64,000 nt of DNA, from contig MU053873.1 of assembly GCA_013239625.1 (NCBI GenBank), positions 2,184,524 through 2,248,523 of the forward strand. The letters run 5' to 3'. This DNA is from Lama guanicoe (Eukaryota). Both the position numbers and the translations under genes were made by a program. Shown here piece by piece: positions 59,980 through 64,000 of the stretch. Under the pieces are notes generated by a model. The model saw only the letters and a list, made by a program, of their open reading frames with translations, was not told the origin of the DNA and made no database searches. Position 1 is the stretch's first letter; the number at the start of each line of letters is the position of its first letter.

Positions 59980-60215
59980 AAATGGCAAATCCTGACCCAA
60001 TGTCTACAGTACCAAGTCCTAGTCTAAGTGCTTTGCATATATCAACTCATTTTCTCCTCCTAATAACCCAATAAAGTAGATGCTATTATTATTCCTGTTT
60101 TACAAATGAAGAAACAAGCACAGAGAGGTTAGGCAATTTGCCTGAGGCCACACAGCTGGTAAAGGGTAAAGCTAGGCTTTGAATCCAGGCTGGCTGCAGA
60201 GAGCAAGCTCTGATC
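59980..60215 (-). mobile_element. MIR SINE
   Basis: ttttacaaatgaagaaacaagcacagagaggttaggcaatttgcctgaggccacacagct. Confidence 0.85.
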
Positions 60216-60829
60216 CATTGTAGGTGAAAATGGGTAGTCATGGAGAGTTTGAATTTTGGATGCTATATTTGAAATGGCAGAGTGCAGTTGGCTTTGAGAG
60301 ATATAATCAGGCAGGGTCAAGTTGGTACCTGAGCCAGGACCAATCAGTTTTCTGAGGGTCTGGACACACTTGAGAGGAGGGCAGGGCTACCTGTCTCTTT
60401 CTCTGTCTCTCTCAGTCAACTGAGTTGTCAGGACATACACTCTGGTCCCTACCAATGCATGGCACATTCAGGAACTTGCTGGTGGAACTCTGACCTTCCT
60501 CCCACAGGCCAGGTGGACCCGGGCTTCTGCAAGAACCACAGGCATCAGGACGACATCTTGCTTTCCAACATCAAATACTCTGCTTGCCTTGCTTGGACTG
60601 GTGACCACCATAATCCTTTATTCCCTCTTCCACCGTTTCCCCCTTCCCCGGCTAGATCTAGCGGTGGTAGGTGACAGAGACAGGGTTGGCTCTTGTTTTA
60701 TAAACGGTGATGAGACTGGGTACACATCCACCTGTTCTGAGGTCAAATAATCTCTAATTTGGTCCACTTTTAGAATTAGGAATTTAATCCTTAACTGGAT
60801 GAAAAGAGAACCTGTCTGGATGTCATGAG

Positions 60830-60956
60830 CCCCTCTTGTTTGTATTGTTTGCACAGCTTTGTGCTCTTAGAGCCTTACACAGTGCTCAGCACATTGTAGG
60901 AGCTCAGTGACTCTTGAGTGAATGAATGAATGGATGAATAAATGAATGAATGAATG
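60830..60956 (+). mobile_element. L2 3' end with (TGAA)n tail
   Basis: cacagtgctcagcacattgtaggagctcagt...tgaatgaatgaa. Confidence 0.8.
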
Positions 60957-61209
60957 CTCATGTGTTCCACGAATGCCTTACAGATGAGAAGCAAAGGCTT
61001 AGAGAATTGAACCTATTTAACAAGGACCATGCCTTTGGTTCAGTATCGACTCATTGAGCACCACTATGTGTCACTGTGAAGAGATGGTGGGAATCCAGTA
61101 TCTCTGTCATCATGACCCAACGAATAGCCAACCAAATATCAAGTGAGGAGGACAAAGGCAGGATAACAGGGAAGGAGAGCTATGCTGGTTAAAAGAAATG
61201 CCCTCATCT

Positions 61210-61390
61210 CCATCAGGTGCCTATCGGTGCCTTACACATCTGATCTCAAGAGCCCCACCGTCCTGTGAGGTAGGTTGATTGCTTCATCATTACACCCATT
61301 TTACAGATGAGGAACAGGGGCTTGAGAAGACAGGTGTCTTACCCATATTCGAGACCAGAGGTTAGCACCTAGGTCTGCCTGCCATGTCTG
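61210..61390 (-). mobile_element. MIR SINE
   Basis: cccattttacagatgaggaac. Confidence 0.75.
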
Positions 61391-62189
61391 AGTGGGGCGG
61401 GATGGGGGTTCCCCACAGCATTCCCTGAAGCTAATGAGTCAAGGATGCTGGGCCCTCGGTGAGGGAAGGGTGCTCGGGGTCCCCACAGCTGTCACCTGCA
61501 CGGGTGTGCATCTGCATGCAGCCACCCAGCTCTGTCTGCTGGGGTGACACCGGGTTCGCTGTCAGGAGCTGCGTGTCAAGGTAGCAGCGGAGGAGGTAGG
61601 CAGGCTGTTGGCAGGTGGCTTAAAATAGCATCGTGTCCTCACGGCTGCAGGAGCTCTGTTCTTCTGGCCGAGAACACTCAGGGAGAAGATTTCTCCTCCT
61701 GGCAGCCGCCCCCAGAGAAACTGTGTACAAATGCAAGGTGCCCCCTTGCTCCCCAGGCCCCTGGGATGAAAACCAAATTCCAGACTCCAGAACCTTCATG
61801 AGCTGCCCCTCGCCTCCAGCTCTGTTTTCCCCACACTCCTTTCTCTGCACCCCAAACTTGCACTGCATTCAAGATGCCCATTGTACCTGGCTGCCTGAAA
61901 GGCCCTCCCTGAAATCTTCGCCATCCAGAAAACTTATGGAATACAACAAGTGCTCAATATATGTCAATGGGGATCACTTATGAGATGTTGAAATCTAATC
62001 CTTCAAGCTCAGCTCACTTGCCAGTACTTCCGGGAGCCTTCTAGATGCTCCCGGGAGCAGAAGTCCCTCCTTCCTCCAAGGCATAAAGCCCATGCTTGGA
62101 TCGGGGTTGGAAAAAATCCTGTTTATGGCTCTCTCCAACCTTGCTGACTGGGTAGGCTGCCACACCCAGCAAGCAGAGCATTGCTCAAC

Positions 62190-62350
62190 CAGGAGTGGCA
62201 GGTAATTGGCACACAGGGTAGAACCCTCCTAGCCATGCACATGGCAGACATTGCTAATCAATCATAGCATCCTTTCTTTCTGAGCCCTGGAGCGTTGAGG
62301 CAGCCATGAGCAATTGACTGGAGCTGGTACCAAGATGATGCCTTAATGGC
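62190..62350. mobile_element. hAT-Charlie-like MITE (MER103-like, uncertain)
   Basis: catggcagacattgctaatcaatcatagca...ctgagccc...ggcagcca. Confidence 0.5.
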
Positions 62351-63384
62351 TTCTCACTTCCAAGTGCCATGAACTACAGCTTTAGATAAATGGCCTCCAG
62401 GAGCCTGTCTTCATGGCTGCCACAGCCATCAGACTGGGAGGCTCTTGAGGGCATGACAATGACATTTATTTCAGTATCTCCTCCTCTTGGCACAGAGCCT
62501 GGCAAACACCAGGCGTTGAAGAAATGTCTGTCAAGAGTGGGAATTTGAGAACGGTGGCTAACCCATCAGGCTGTGCTGACATATACAGAAATGCCTCACG
62601 GAGGCTACTCCAAGCCCTCAGAGCACTCCTGGACCCTGCTTCCCATTCTCTCCCCCTTGGTCTCCAGGGAGCAGAGTCTGGAACCCAGGAAACCCACACC
62701 ACAGCCTCACTGAGATCAGTTCCAGACCAAAATACAGTTTCCCATGACTCACTGCCCAGGGATACAAGGTCAAAGATCAAAGACCCTCAGATCAAGAATA
62801 GAACAGTAAGACGGAGGGAAAGCCATCTCACCAAGTCCTAGCACCTCCCCAAGCCTCAGTGCTCTTATTTTAAAAGAGGGATAATAGGAGTATCAACTGC
62901 CGGGACTGTTGTGAGATAATGAATGGAAAGAACTCATTGGTGTCTGATAAATAGGAGTTATGATTATGATGATGATTATGATAATGGTGTCACGCTGCTC
63001 ACGGAGACCATCCCCAGAGAGAGAAAACTGCCTTCAGAGAACCCTGAGCTCCAGCCTCCCTCTGGTTCCCAGCCTTCTGGGACCTCTCACCCCTGGGAGA
63101 GGTGCCAGGAAGAAGTCTGAGGAGGCAGTCTTCTCCCAATAAGAGGAGGGTTGTGAGTCTCCTGGCAGAGGGCCGGAAGGGAGCCCTTTCTCTAGAGATA
63201 GTATGTCCTGCCATTATCACTCATGGTCCAATTGTGTAGCTGGGAAAACTAAGACCCATGAAACAGTGGAACTAGCCTAGTCTAATGGAGTAACAATTCC
63301 CTGCATCTGAACTCAGGGTGTGTTGATTCCAGTGCCCGTGGCGCCTGCACAGAACCATTCTACTTTGTTGGAAAGGTATCTAGA

Positions 63385-63960
63385 CTGATCACTCATTCAC
63401 TCACACATCTACTCTCTTCCATCTTATTGAGCATGGAGGAGTTTTCAGTCAAGTTACGAGAATGTAATGTGATCTGACATGCTGTTAGATCATTTCAGTA
63501 ACATAGGAAGAGTGTCTGAGCTGAGTATGGGGAAAACCTCATAGGAGGGTTATATTGGTTGGGTTTTGAAGTGTGAATAGGAGTTCATTAGGTGGGTAAA
63601 TGGAGGAAGGATATTTCCGGCACGGGAGATGGTAGGAACAAAGGTAGGGATCCATGAAAAAGTATGATGTTTTTGAGACTATTTAGTAGAATTGAGTGTT
63701 CCCTTTTAGGGAATATGTCGGTGTAGCTGCAGCAGACAAGCCAGGAGATAGATAGAGCCACAGCCTGAAGGTCCTCTCATGACATTTGGGTCATGAGAGG
63801 TCAAAGGGAAATGTGGAATGGGGCAGAAATCAGCACAGACTTTTCTGCATGAACCATGCTGCTCTCCCTGAGAGATCATTTCTAACTTCTGCTCCAGAAA
63901 TTTAAGAGACTCAGAAGCACAGAACCCCATCGTTAAGACCTCTTCAATTCGTGGACCCAA
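63385..63960 (-). mobile_element. L2 remnant
   Basis: ttattgagca tail region; gggttttgaagtgtgaataggagttc, gaacaaagg. Confidence 0.65.
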
Positions 63961-64000
63961 TGATTTAGAGAACAGTTATCATTCATCTATTTGCTCAGTC

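Overview
This is mammalian, most likely camelid, non-coding genomic DNA. The camelid call rests on a tRNA-derived SINE at ~24080-24210 and two young L1 3' fragments. I find no credible protein-coding gene, RNA gene, CRISPR array or prokaryotic system. The ORF track is explained by chance, low complexity or antisense repeat sequence, and several of its 'M' starts are GTG/TTG. Much of the window is ancient interspersed repeat (MIR, L2, CR1/L3, MLT1, ERVL LTRs, MER/Tigger DNA elements, old L1), with several nested insertions. Between the repeats are many repeat-free blocks rich in homeodomain/HOX-PBX-MEIS, SOX-POU, MEF2 and ETS motifs, suggesting the enhancer landscape (intron or gene desert) of an unidentified developmental gene. 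The most unusual items are: (1) a ~12-unit, ~50-bp degenerate tandem array of TAATTAGCACATAAATCATTTG at 631-1210, with a 40/45 identical inverted copy of one unit at 1836-1880; (2) four perfect ACAGGAAGTG ETS sites arranged as a nested inverted repeat at 29547-29607; (3) two candidate exons at 25255-25312 and 39434-39676. Repeat family names were assigned by eye from remembered consensus sequences and boundaries are approximate. Conservation and expression could not be assessed.
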